Shown here piece after piece: positions 1 to 9,917 of a stretch of DNA of 64,000 bases. A program made the translations under genes and the position numbers. The DNA lies in contig CAVQBH010000015.1 in NCBI GenBank assembly GCA_963710685.1, positions 11,601-75,600 on the forward strand, read 5' to 3'. Under the pieces are notes generated by a model. It searched no databases. It saw nothing but the letters and a program-made list of their open reading frames with translations, and had not been told where the DNA came from. Source of the DNA: an uncultured Methanomassiliicoccales archaeon. GTDB lineage: Archaea > Thermoplasmatota > Thermoplasmata > Methanomassiliicoccales > UBA472. Position 1 is the first letter of the stretch. Every line of letters starts with the position of its first letter.

Positions 1-47
1 TACGATCTGTAAGGGGAAAGGGGTAAATCATCATGGAAATAGACAAG

Positions 48-72
48 TTTTCCATGGAAAACGGGAGGGGTG
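48..72. promoter_or_regulatory. ORB-like element: a perfect 14-bp palindrome TTTTCCATGGAAAA followed by CGGGAGGGGT (G-string)
   Basis: The palindrome is read directly at 48-61 and the G-rich tail at 62-72, with a partial half-site TCATGGAAAT at 31-40. It resembles the archaeal origin recognition box (dyad plus G-string) as I remember it. The G-string could instead simply be the Shine-Dalgarno sequence of the next gene. Confidence 0.3.
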
Positions 73-78
73 AAATAA

Positions 79-1533
79 TTGACTGAAGAAAAAAATGTAA
101 ACGTATATGCACGTAGCCTCAGCTGGAAGCAAGGAATACTACTAACAATGGGCGTTCCTGTCCTCGTTCTTCCATCTATTGGCTATCTCGCCGGCTATTT
201 ATGGGGAGCGGCCATCCTTATGTGGGGGCTTTCCATTGCTCAGGCGTTTTTGCAAGTGACTGCTTTCGGAGAACTAGCTACTGTCTTCCCGGAGGAGTCC
301 GGGCTGCCTGGGTTCTCCCAACGCGTGTTCACGGGGAAGAATCCCTCGGAATACTCGTTCGGTAAGTTAGTGGGTGGCCTCAGCGCGTGGGGCTACTGGT
401 TTGGATGGAACGCCGTTATTTCGATATATGCGATCACGGCGGCCTCCAGCATGACCGGGCTCTTACCGGATTGGTTTGGTGGTATCGATCCAACGACGTT
501 TTCGTTCATAGTGTGTTTCGTAATCATGGCATCCCTAACTCTAATAGTTGCGAAGGGAGTTGGTAACGGGGCTTGGGTGGGCATTCTCCTGGCAGTCTTC
601 TCCATCATCCCCCTGACCATACTATCCATTGGGCCGATGATAGGGGGCCAATTCCTGCTGGGAAACATCACCGGTTCGTGGTGGCCGGCAAACTGGTCCT
701 GGGACCTCAACGGCATTCTGATCATTCTGGGGCTCGCAGGTATCGCTGGATGGAGCGCTTGGGGTATAGAGGGAGCGGCAATATTCGGGCCGCAATATAA
801 GAACCCACACTCCGATGTTCCAAAGGCCCTCTTTGGCGCTGGCTTTATCGCCCTGTTCTTCTTCCTGCTCACCCAGATCGCGTGCACCGGGACTCTAGGG
901 GTCAACGGAGTCATAGCTCAGGGTGTTTCCCCATTCGTTCCGATCGCCACGATGACCTTTGGCAGCATTGGAGGAGGGGCGTTGGTGATTATGCTGGTGG
1001 CAGCGATGATTCTCTGCATTATGACCTCTTACCTGATCTCAGGAGGCGCAATGCAGGCCATGGCTCAGAGCGGCTACCTGCCGAAACCCTTTGCAAAGTT
1101 GAACAAGCACGGTGTGCCGGTCAATTCGTTGTTGGTCATATTCGCCTTCAACATGTTCTTGATTTGGCTGGGCACTCCCCAGGCTATCCTGACGGCATCG
1201 GCATTAGGCTACACATTGGGAACTGGGATCACCCTGTTCGCATACTACAAGGCCAAAACCGACCCCGAGATGTCCAAATTGCCAAGGCCGTTCAAGGCAC
1301 CGAGAGGCTACAAGTGGGTGGCGCTCGCAGTCGGCATATTCGACGTGCCGTTTTGCATGATCGGTATATTTTACCTGTACGGCAGTGGTGGCAACTGGAT
1401 ACCAGTTATTGCAGGGGTGGCCATTCTGCTACTTTACATCCCGATCTGGTGGTTCTCACGGCGGGCGTACGGTGCAGCAAAGCGCTTAGAGAAGACAAAT
1501 ATCAAGGCGGGACCGGAGGGACCGGCAGAGTAA
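79..1533 (+). CDS. APC-family amino acid permease
   Basis: 484-aa ORF with a TTG start 10 nt after GGAGGGG. It is hydrophobic and multi-TM throughout, with an N-terminus typical of amino-acid/polyamine/organocation permeases (LSWKQGILLTMGVPVLV...). Confidence 0.85.
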   Translation: MTEEKNVNVYARSLSWKQGILLTMGVPVLVLPSIGYLAGYLWGAAILMWGLSIAQAFLQVTAFGELATVFPEESGLPGFSQRVFTGKNPSEYSFGKLVGGLSAWGYWFGWNAVISIYAITAASSMTGLLPDWFGGIDPTTFSFIVCFVIMASLTLIVAKGVGNGAWVGILLAVFSIIPLTILSIGPMIGGQFLLGNITGSWWPANWSWDLNGILIILGLAGIAGWSAWGIEGAAIFGPQYKNPHSDVPKALFGAGFIALFFFLLTQIACTGTLGVNGVIAQGVSPFVPIATMTFGSIGGGALVIMLVAAMILCIMTSYLISGGAMQAMAQSGYLPKPFAKLNKHGVPVNSLLVIFAFNMFLIWLGTPQAILTASALGYTLGTGITLFAYYKAKTDPEMSKLPRPFKAPRGYKWVALAVGIFDVPFCMIGIFYLYGSGGNWIPVIAGVAILLLYIPIWWFSRRAYGAAKRLEKTNIKAGPEGPAE

Positions 1534-1556
1534 AAGTATGCCATCGGAACTATAAT

Positions 1557-1597
1557 GACGTTCATGCGAACGTCAAATTTCTTTTTTATTTTTTATT
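1557..1597 (+). terminator. Hairpin plus oligo-T terminator after the permease
   Basis: GACGTTC-ATGC-GAACGTC is a perfect 7-bp stem at 1557-1574, followed by T-tracts (TTTCTTTTTTATTTTTTATT). Confidence 0.55.
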
Positions 1598-1977
1598 AAT
1601 CGTGCATGATTAGGACTGCCATGTTTGTTGAATTAGTTTGTTGATCAGGTTGCAAGATTTTTCTTACTCGTATGATCAAAACCTTTTCAGATTTCTTCCT
1701 ATCGCTTGAGGCCTGAACATTTTCAATGCATGCCATTTTAACTCTTTAGACGGGGAGCCGACCGCGTGGCTATTGAAGATGTTAGTAGCTCCAGATTCAA
1801 ACTTGGATAATTGCTCCGAAAGGCATCTTGAACCCAAAAAATACGATCAAACCTATTTCCCAGCAATAATTTTGCCAAAGTGAAATCTGCATAAGTTTGT
1901 CATTAAATCAATTGATTCATAACATAAGGAACCGACAGATTTATTTCCCTCGGCAATGAAGTATTGATATCGATAAC

Positions 1978-2400
1978 ATGGTGTCTGAAATTAAAAATAT
2001 TCTCGTCTGTGTTGATGGATCGAGCAACTCGAATAGGGCAGCATCCTATGCCGCCGCGATTATCAAGAAATTTAACGCTAAGGCAACCCTCTTATTCGTG
2101 GTGGCGCCGTCAGACCATGACATGCTGGCCGGAAAGAGCACCTTCCTCGATGAATACAAGGGCTTCGGCGAACAGCGTCTGGAGAAGGCGGCAGCGATAT
2201 TCGCTGATGCCGGGATCGAGTTTAACAAGGAGGTCGAGTTCGGACATGCGGCGGAAAAGATCCTGATGGTCTCGGAACACGGTTACGACCTGGTCATCAT
2301 CGGCACCAGAGGTCTCAGTGGCATCCGTGGGTTCATCATGGGAAGCGTGTCCAGCCAGGTCTCCCAGCACTCCAAGGTGCCGGTGTTGGTCGTCCCCTGA
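1978..2400 (+). CDS. Universal stress protein (UspA family)
   Basis: 140 aa with ILVCVDGS...VIIGTRGLSGIRGFIMGSVSSQVSQHSKVPVLVV, the classic Usp ATP-binding C-terminal motif. Confidence 0.9.
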   Translation: MVSEIKNILVCVDGSSNSNRAASYAAAIIKKFNAKATLLFVVAPSDHDMLAGKSTFLDEYKGFGEQRLEKAAAIFADAGIEFNKEVEFGHAAEKILMVSEHGYDLVIIGTRGLSGIRGFIMGSVSSQVSQHSKVPVLVVP

Positions 2401-2421
2401 AAGGGGACAGGCCGTTTTCTT

Positions 2422-3393
2422 TCAGCGCAGGTAGATGCTTCCCAATTCCTTGTTCCAGGCCCACTCGTCCTCGGTCCTGGCGTCCTGCTTCGCTCGCACG
2501 ATCTCCTGGATCCTGGAGTCAAGAGTGTCGGCCTGGGCGATGGCGACCGCTTCCGGGAAAGACGGCTCTTTCGGCGAACCATATTCCAGTTCCCCATGGC
2601 TGCTCAGGATGATGTGACTGATCTTCAGGCGCAGATTGTCCGGGAACTCCGGTATCGTCTTTATGGCCAGGCTGATCATCTCCGCCCCGATGACGATGTG
2701 ACCGCGCAGCCTTCCTTCGTTGGTGCAGTCGATGTTGGTCGTCACCTCGTACTCATGCACCTTGCCGATGTCGTGCAGTATCGCTCCTGCCAGCAGCAAG
2801 TCCCGGTCCATGCGGGGATACATGTCGCCCATGGTGTCGCACAGCTTGGTGACGTCCAGTGTGTGCTCCAGCAGCCCGCCGATCCAGTTACAGTGATGGG
2901 TTATGGCGGCGGGGCACTTCTTGAACTCCCCCACAAAAGCCTCGTCGGCGAAGAAGTAGCTGAGCAGCTGCAGCACCTTCGGGTCCTTGACCTTCTTGAT
3001 GTAACCGTTCAGCTGGGTCATCATCTGGTTGATGTCCTTCTCTGTCCTCGGGACGAAATCCTCCAGACGGTAATCGCCCTCGGCCATGGCGATGACCATG
3101 TCCCCATTGTCTGGGTTGATGGCGATCTCCAGGATCTCGTTGTACTCCTGTGCTTTCCCCTTCACACGCAGAACGCCGCCGGGCAGGATCGAGTCGAACA
3201 CCTTGCGCACCGCCATCTCATTGGCGTTGCCAAAGTACTTGACTGCGATATCGCCGGTCTTGTCACCGACGCGCACGTCGAACATGAAACCGTTCTTGCT
3301 CTTGCGAACCGGCTTTTTGAACTTGACCGAGAACATGTCGTCGACCCTGGTCTCCTTGGTGAGGTCCTTGATGAACTGCTTCTTTTCCGCCAT
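2422..3393 (-). CDS. OB-fold plus HD-domain phosphohydrolase (YhaM-like)
   Basis: HD motif (LLAGAILHDIGK; HHCNWIGGLLEHTL) follows an N-terminal OB-like region. I prefer the ATG at 3393 (MAEKKQFIKD); the ORF track extends to 3465. Confidence 0.7.
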   Translation of the reverse strand: MAEKKQFIKDLTKETRVDDMFSVKFKKPVRKSKNGFMFDVRVGDKTGDIAVKYFGNANEMAVRKVFDSILPGGVLRVKGKAQEYNEILEIAINPDNGDMVIAMAEGDYRLEDFVPRTEKDINQMMTQLNGYIKKVKDPKVLQLLSYFFADEAFVGEFKKCPAAITHHCNWIGGLLEHTLDVTKLCDTMGDMYPRMDRDLLLAGAILHDIGKVHEYEVTTNIDCTNEGRLRGHIVIGAEMISLAIKTIPEFPDNLRLKISHIILSSHGELEYGSPKEPSFPEAVAIAQADTLDSRIQEIVRAKQDARTEDEWAWNKELGSIYLR

Positions 3394-3461
3394 TGACTTG
3401 CCCCTTGTCCCTAACGATAAGTGGTTAATATTGATGCCGGAGGGTGTCCCGGGAACGCGAC

Positions 3462-4154
3462 TCACACCTTCTTCGCCGCGACCCGTTTCAGCCAGTCCTC
3501 CGCCTCTCGGTACCGCGGGTGGATCCTTTCCAGGTCCTTGAACTGCTTATCGTGGTAACGGCCAAGTGATTTCAGCCCGCCCCGCAGATGCAGCAGCTCG
3601 TGATAGAGAACATACTCCGTTACGTATTCGGGCACCCGGTCGGTGTCCAGAGCTGAGCTGATCGCGATGACCCGCATCAGGATCGAACAGTAGTCCAGAC
3701 GTGCCCTGTTGGGGTTCCTGGTCCAGGTGAGGTAGGTGTTCGGCATCTCCGGCACCAACCCCTGGTCCTGGAGCCGCTCGAACGAATGCTGCAGTTCGTA
3801 CGTCCTTCCCTCGGACCGGTATGCCAGGTTACGGCTGCGCCTCAGATATACGGGGCGGTTGGTATCCAGGAACTCATTCGACTGGAACCATTCCTTCATG
3901 CGTTCGTTGTAGAGCTCCACCTTGGCCTTCGATCGGAGACGCTTGAACAGGTTCTCGGCAAACTCGTCGATGATCTGACCGTCGGCGCACTCCAGATAGT
4001 CCGTCACCTTGAAATCGGCGCTGCTCCCGGTCCTCTGCCAGCAAGCCTTGAAGTCCTTGAACGGAAAGAAGCTCGCGCTCACCTTGTCATAACCATGTGC
4101 CCGGCCTGCCTTCTGGAAAGAAGCGCAGATCCCATCCTGTACGTCCGCGGTCAT
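3462..4154 (-). CDS. Predicted zinc metallopeptidase (HExxH; DUF45/SprT-like)
   Basis: The C-terminal YVLYHELLHLRGG...YHDKQFKDLERIHPRYREAEDWLK matches the DUF45/YgjP-type HExxH...H pattern. Confidence 0.5.
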   Translation of the reverse strand: MTADVQDGICASFQKAGRAHGYDKVSASFFPFKDFKACWQRTGSSADFKVTDYLECADGQIIDEFAENLFKRLRSKAKVELYNERMKEWFQSNEFLDTNRPVYLRRSRNLAYRSEGRTYELQHSFERLQDQGLVPEMPNTYLTWTRNPNRARLDYCSILMRVIAISSALDTDRVPEYVTEYVLYHELLHLRGGLKSLGRYHDKQFKDLERIHPRYREAEDWLKRVAAKKV

Positions 4155-4167
4155 CGATTCTAACCTC

Positions 4168-4858
4168 TCATCGGCAAAGGAGGATAAACCCGTTGTCCTC
4201 GTCGCCGATCATCTGAGTGGTCTGGCCCCGATATATCGCATGCCTATACAGTGAGATTGAACATAGCATCGAATCGATACTGTCGGCCATGCCCTTCATG
4301 CCGGCGGAATCGGCATCGATCGATCCCGTCCGGGAATGTCCCCGGGAATCGTAGCTGCGGGTTCTGGACCTTCATCGCCTTGAAAAGATAGAGGCATCCC
4401 TGTCCCTTTTCTGCCAGCCTGCCGTGCTTGTAACTCAGAGGACCGCCCATCATGCACCGGACAGAAGCGCGGGGGAAGACCTCGTAGATCAGACGGCCGT
4501 AACGGTCATTAGGACCGGCCAAAGCGAATCCTTTGCGGTACAGGGCATCCACCAGGCGTTCTCCCCGCGATCCGCCGAACATCTCCAGGAGGTAGGTTTT
4601 CGACGTGGGCAGGATAGGGATCCCCATGCCCCTGACCAGTCTCTCCGTCGATCTCATCCCGGTCCGGTTCGGCACCGTAAGGGAAGCGTCGATGCCGACC
4701 ATGCAGTCACCCTCTCCGCCGATCGCAGCCAGGATTTCCTCGTCGCTGGTCACGAGCTCGGTCGTGACACCGTTGTCCTCGTCCATGATGCAGACCGCGG
4801 TGCTCGACGGGCGTGGGTCCACGCATTTCCAGGCCAGGTCGACGCCGACGAACCTCAC
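4168..4858 (-). pseudogene. DUF429-family (RNase H-like fold) protein, frame-shifted near 4314-4324
   Basis: MRFVGVDLAWK... is the typical DUF429 N-terminus if the GTG at 4858 is the start. The family-like C-terminus (ADSIDSMLCSISLYRHAIYRG..GDEDNGFIL) is only readable in another frame, downstream of the repeat ATCGATCGAT. The called ORF 4244..4975 ends in an implausible tail. Confidence 0.55.
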
Positions 4859-4973
4859 GCGGCACGTATCGGCGAACGGGTATTTTGACCATGTCCTTTC
4901 AGTTATTTCCGGTAAATACTTCCAGGACAAATCCGTTAAATAGTCAGCACCGGAATATAAGTTTCCCGAGGAC

Positions 4974-5943
4974 ATGGATAGCTTATCCAGGGATGACCGG
5001 GAAAAGCACCTGATAACTCGTGGGAACGTCGACGGGATCGCAAGTGCCGCTATCTTTCTGAACCGTTATCCGGCCTCCCGTGTATCTTTCATCACGTCCC
5101 CGACCGCAGGTGCCAGGGCTTTGTCGATGGACTTCACCTCGAACGAGATATACCTCGCGGACGTCGCGCTCGTTCCTGACGTGGCGGAGGCCATGGCGTC
5201 GCGGCGTGACCGGCAGAAGGTCTTTCCTCATCGACCATCACCCGACCCCGAACGATGTCTGCCCTAACGGAGTAAAGGTCATCAACCAGGGGATGAGCGC
5301 GGCCGGGGTGCTATACCATTTCCTCAGCTCCTCTAACCGACTGAAGAAGATCGTGGCCATCGCCGACCTGGTGGAATACTTCGAGACACCGATCCTGGCA
5401 GAGATGACGCATGACAACGGCCAGCAGAAGGTGTGCGAGGAATCATGCATCCTGGACTTCTCCTGGAGGTTGAACATCGAGGACGATGCGTTCCGCATGC
5501 AGGCGGCGCAGCACCTCTCCCAGGGCCTGTGGCCTTCCCAGGTAGGGCCCATCAAACGGCGCTACACCCAGGTTGTAAATGAACAGCGCTGGCCAAAGGC
5601 ATTGGCGCGGGCTCAGTCCGGAATGCGGGTGCGCGGCAGCGTCGGCATCTTCGACGGGACGGACAGGAACCGCTCGCTCTACGGGTTCGGCACCCGGGCG
5701 ATCGTCGAGGTGGCGATACGGCGTGGATGCCGCTACGCCATGATGGTCAACGAAAGAAAGATACACTCCTCCATATCGATTCGAAGTATGTGCTTGGACG
5801 GTACGGACGTGGGTCGATTCGTGGAGTGCTTCACGGCAATGCACGGACTAGAGGGGGGAGGACATCCATCGAGTGCCGGGGCCAGAATACCAGTGCAGTC
5901 TACGCACCTTTTCGTGGACGAGTTCGTGAGCGAGGCGCGTTAA
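4974..5943 (+). pseudogene. DHH/DHHA1-family phosphoesterase (RecJ-like), frame-shifted at T-run 5223-5225
   Basis: Frame 0 carries the N-terminal motifs (HLITRGNVDGIASAAIF). Frame +1 carries FLIDHHP (DHH) and LEGGGHPSSAG (GGGH). Removing one T from CTTTCC joins them as ..RQKVFLIDHH... Confidence 0.75.
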
Positions 5944-8199
5944 TCATCTTCCTGGTCTTTTTCATCTTCGATCTGCTTATTGACCACGTGCTTATAGACG
6001 AGCACTGGGCACTTGGCATTCTTGATGATCTTGTCCTGCAACGGGCCGAAGTCGAACGCCTCCCATCGCTTGGCGGCGCTGGAGCCCATGACCAGCAGGT
6101 CATAGTCCATCGATTCGCCGATAACACCTCCGACGATCGTTTCCGGGCGAATCTCCTTGGTGAGCACGGGCACGTTCTGCTCCTCCAGGATGCTGGTCAG
6201 TCGTTTTGAATACACTCGTGCGCGTTCCAGATATTTCTCGTCCACAATGACGTTCAGTATTGTGACCCTGGCCCCCTGCTTCTTTGCCACCATGGCCGCG
6301 ACCTCGGTAGCGGCGCTCACGTGCCACAGACCGCCGGACAGGATCAGGATGCGAAGCGGTTTGAGCTTCTCGTCGGACTTGATGAACAGGACGTCGCAGG
6401 GCGTGAGCCGAAGGATCAGGTCCATCTTCCGTCCGAGTATCCGCTTCTGGGTGTGCGTATATCCCTTCCAGCCGATGATGATCATGTTCGCCGATTCTTC
6501 CTTGGCGGTGTCGATCACAGCCGTTACCACATCATGAGAGACCGTGACCAACGCATGGCACACGATCCCGTTCATTACACTATGCAGCTGGAGCTTTTCT
6601 AACATCTTCTTACGATCATCGATCAATTTGCGGTCCACTTCACTGATGGGAAGGCTGTTAGGGACCTCGACCACGCTGGTGAGCATCAGCTCGCCATTGT
6701 GTTCCAAGGCCACCATGCATCCGAGGTCCACCGCCGCGATGTTTCTCGGGTCGTCGATCGGTATAAGGACACGGTATTTTTCCAGTTCCTCCTCGGTACG
6801 AGGTGCGCGCACCGGAATCGGCACCTTTTCGATCTCCTTCTTGCCTTTGGCAAAGTAGTGCAGCAACAGCCCCACGTTGATGACCGCGAAGGCCATGTAC
6901 CACGCGAACGGCTCGTAGTAGAACAGCGTGACCGCCAAGAAGAGTTTGGTCCCGATTCCGATCAGCGGTATGATCGGGAACCAGGGGGTGATGAAATGCC
7001 TCTTCACGTCCGGTCGGTTCCTCCTAAGCGTGATGGCCGAGATATTGACCAGCGTGAACAGCAGACAGGATAAGGATGTCCGCGACCGAGGCCACCTGGG
7101 TCAGAGGGAGAAACAGCACCATTCCGATGATGATGGCTCCGCTCAGCATCAGAGCTGCCACGGGGGTCTGGTTCTTGGGATGCAGTTTGCCGAAGGTGGA
7201 CGGCAGATTGCCATCTCGACCCATGGCGAACGAGACCCGGGAAGCGGAGAAGATGATAGAGTTTACGGCGGCGATCGAGCCGACGATGATGCCGAATGCG
7301 ATCAGGACGGCGCCGATGTACGGCACCGAGATGTTGGCAGTATAGGATATCGCCTGCGATCCATCGCCACCGGCGGTGGACAGCGGTAGCCATCCGGACA
7401 CCCCTATGGCGACGACTGCGGTGGCAATGAACAGGATGGCGCTAATCGCTATGCACAAGAACATCGCCCTTGGCACCGTCCTCTCTGGATCTTTGGCCTC
7501 TTCCCCCGTCTGGGCGACGACCTCGTATCCTTCGAAGACCATGAAGGTGAATCCCATCGAAATGAATATTGACAGCGTTCCTTTGGGTATGAACGGAGTG
7601 AAATTGGCGGCCGAAGGGTGGGTGAACATGAAATATGCCGAGGCCACCAGGAAGATCATGATCACCGTGATGAGGATGAACGATACCAGAATCTCTATGC
7701 GGCCGGCGCCTTTGATGCCGCGGTAATTGAGATATATGAACACCAGGGCGATCAGCACGGCCGCCATTTTTGAGACAGTGTCCGGATCTATGCCGAAGAA
7801 CGTCAGTCCGTACAGGTTCATGAAAATGTTGACACCGACACCGAAACCGAGGGCGTACACGGAACATGCTATGCAATGCCCTACCCAGGACATCCAGCCG
7901 CCGAGGAAGCCGAACGGTGGAAACAACCCTTCCTTTATCCAAAGGTAACCGCCCCCTGTCTCCGGGAAGGCTGAGGCAAGTTCGGCATAAGCCATTGCGG
8001 TGAAGAGAGTGACGAAGAAGTTCAGAACGAAGGCCAGGATGATCGCCGGGCCGGCAATGCCTGCCGCGGCTCCGATCAGAATGAAGATCGTAGAGCCGAT
8101 GTTGGGGCCGATACCTATCATAAGGACCTCAAGCAGGCCAAGGTCCCTCCGGAGGGTGACCTCTACTTCTCCAGACTTATCCTCGACCGGTCCCGACAT
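5940..8199 (-). pseudogene. APC-family permease fused to tandem UspA domains, split by a frame shift near 7065
   Basis: ORF 7024..8199 is the permease core (GIGPNIGSTIFIL...). The frame of ORF 5940..7007 reads LLFTLVNISAITLRRNRPDVKRHFITPWFPIIPLIG upstream of its first Met, which is the expected continuation, and is followed by two Usp domains. Confidence 0.8.
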
Positions 8200-9068
8200 C
8201 TGGGGTCCTTAATAGGTACGGTTTATTAATCCTTTTCATATGCTCCAGACGACTGGCCAGAAGTACAATTTGGTCAATAGGTCTCAAGTCCGATGTCTAT
8301 GCGATTGTCCTGTTCGAACTTTGCCAGAATGGTATTCGAACTGTGGAAACAAGCCTTTTCTGCGAGAATCGTGGCCCGCTTCCCGACAAGAAAGTCATGG
8401 ATGCAATTCTCCAAAGCATCAAAGCCCTAATCGAACTGATGGACCGTTCCTCCATGATCGTTCTGGCGACTGTACTGAATCTTCCAGCGATGGAAGGCGG
8501 GTTCATGATGTCAGGCTGCATGCTCCGTACTTCGGAAGCCCTTCCGGCGAGATAAGATTGTGTATGCAGCGAAGCGCCCCCTAAGAGGCGAATTTCTGCG
8601 CAAGCTCCAGCGGCTTGCACGAATACAGCTTCAACGATCGCTCTCGTCCTGTCGGAATGCTCCTGAGAGCGTAGTATAGGCATCGCGGTGACTGAGAACA
8701 GAATCAACGAATGCTGGCCATACGCTCATCGACACCTGCCCCGGGTTCATCCGGTTCTTCGAATGTGTTACCTTGAGCCCGAGATGGTCGTTTCGCGATG
8801 GTGAGCTCTATCACCAACGTTGCGATGAGCATCACCACCCAGCAGTGCGAGCATTACCCAGGGGAATCTGAAACAAGCGAGGTAGGCCGATAGGTCGGTC
8901 CCCACGATCGGCACGATGGCAGCGCCGACCAGCGGCGAGGCCGACGGCATCGATAGTGCCAGGAACAGCTGGCCCTACGGCGGCAACCCTATCGGTGAGG
9001 TAAATGATTCATTGTATCGAGGCGCCGAAATGAGGAAAAGGTGGACGGCACCGCGCAAGAACCGGGTA

Positions 9069-9884
9069 TCAGGGGGCCTTCGGCTTGAACGCTTTCCGCT
9101 TCACGACCACGTAGACCGCCACGATCGCCATCTGCAACGCGATGACCGCGATGACCAGGGCGAAGACCGACAGCAGCCCGCTGTTGTCATTGATGTTCTT
9201 GACCGGAGTGGTGACCGCCACGCTGTCGCTCCATCCGGATTCACTGTTGTTGGTCACTGCCTTCACGTTGTAGCTGAACACGCCACCGGAGCCTGCCTGG
9301 TCGTCATGGACCGAGGTGATCGGGACGTCCGTGCCGCTGACCGTAACATCGATCAGGACCGTTTCGCCGGAGGCGGACTGCCGCCTCACCTCATATTGGG
9401 TGATGTTGCCACCGCCATTCGAGGCCGGGGCGTTCCAGGAGATGTCCACATAATCGGCGCCGGCGGTCGCCCGCAGACCGGTGGGAACGCTCGGGAAAGC
9501 CCCTGGGACCAGTGTCACATTGTCGCTCTTGCTGCTGAGCCCGATGGCGTTCTCTGCCACGATCCAGTAGGTCACGTCCCGGGCCGATGACGGCATCCGG
9601 TCATTGTATTCCAGGTCGGTGGCGTTCAGCTGGACCAGAAGGGTCGAGCCGGAACCGTTGAGCTGGCGATAGACCTGGTAATGGGTTATCCCCGGGCCGG
9701 TCTGGTTCGGCTCACTCCACGATACATGGGCGACGCCGTTCCAATTGGAAGCCCCGACATCGAAAGGCTCGGACGGTACCACCTGGACCGCTACCGCGAA
9801 GGTGCACGGAAGAACGGTGGACAAGGTCAGCTGTACTATCAGGAATATGAAGATATAACGAGTGATTTTCATGCCTTTCAGCAT
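9069..9884 (-). CDS. Secreted, C-terminally membrane-anchored protein with two fibronectin type III domains
   Basis: Signal peptide, two FN3-like units (HVSWSEPNQTGPGITHYQVYR...; DISWNAPASNGGGNITQYEVRR...), a C-terminal TM helix and a basic tail. Confidence 0.7.
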   Translation of the reverse strand: MLKGMKITRYIFIFLIVQLTLSTVLPCTFAVAVQVVPSEPFDVGASNWNGVAHVSWSEPNQTGPGITHYQVYRQLNGSGSTLLVQLNATDLEYNDRMPSSARDVTYWIVAENAIGLSSKSDNVTLVPGAFPSVPTGLRATAGADYVDISWNAPASNGGGNITQYEVRRQSASGETVLIDVTVSGTDVPITSVHDDQAGSGGVFSYNVKAVTNNSESGWSDSVAVTTPVKNINDNSGLLSVFALVIAVIALQMAIVAVYVVVKRKAFKPKAP

Positions 9885-9917
9885 CCGCCTAGCTTCCGGT
9901 TATTTTGCGCTGTTTAA

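Noticed and set aside
7024-7026. ORF 7024..8199 ends in TAG, and several broken frames (for example around 8430 and 8600) contain in-frame TAG. Could this be pyrrolysine read-through, as in Methanomassiliicoccales?
   Set aside because: Reading through the TAG at 7024 gives ..EEPTGREEAFHHPL.., which is not a membrane continuation. The true continuation is in another frame, so this is a frame shift. TAG also terminates many well-supported genes here (rpoL, pyrB, arcS, the AKR, HxlR, the histidine kinase, the epimerase). No pyl genes or methylamine methyltransferases are in the window.
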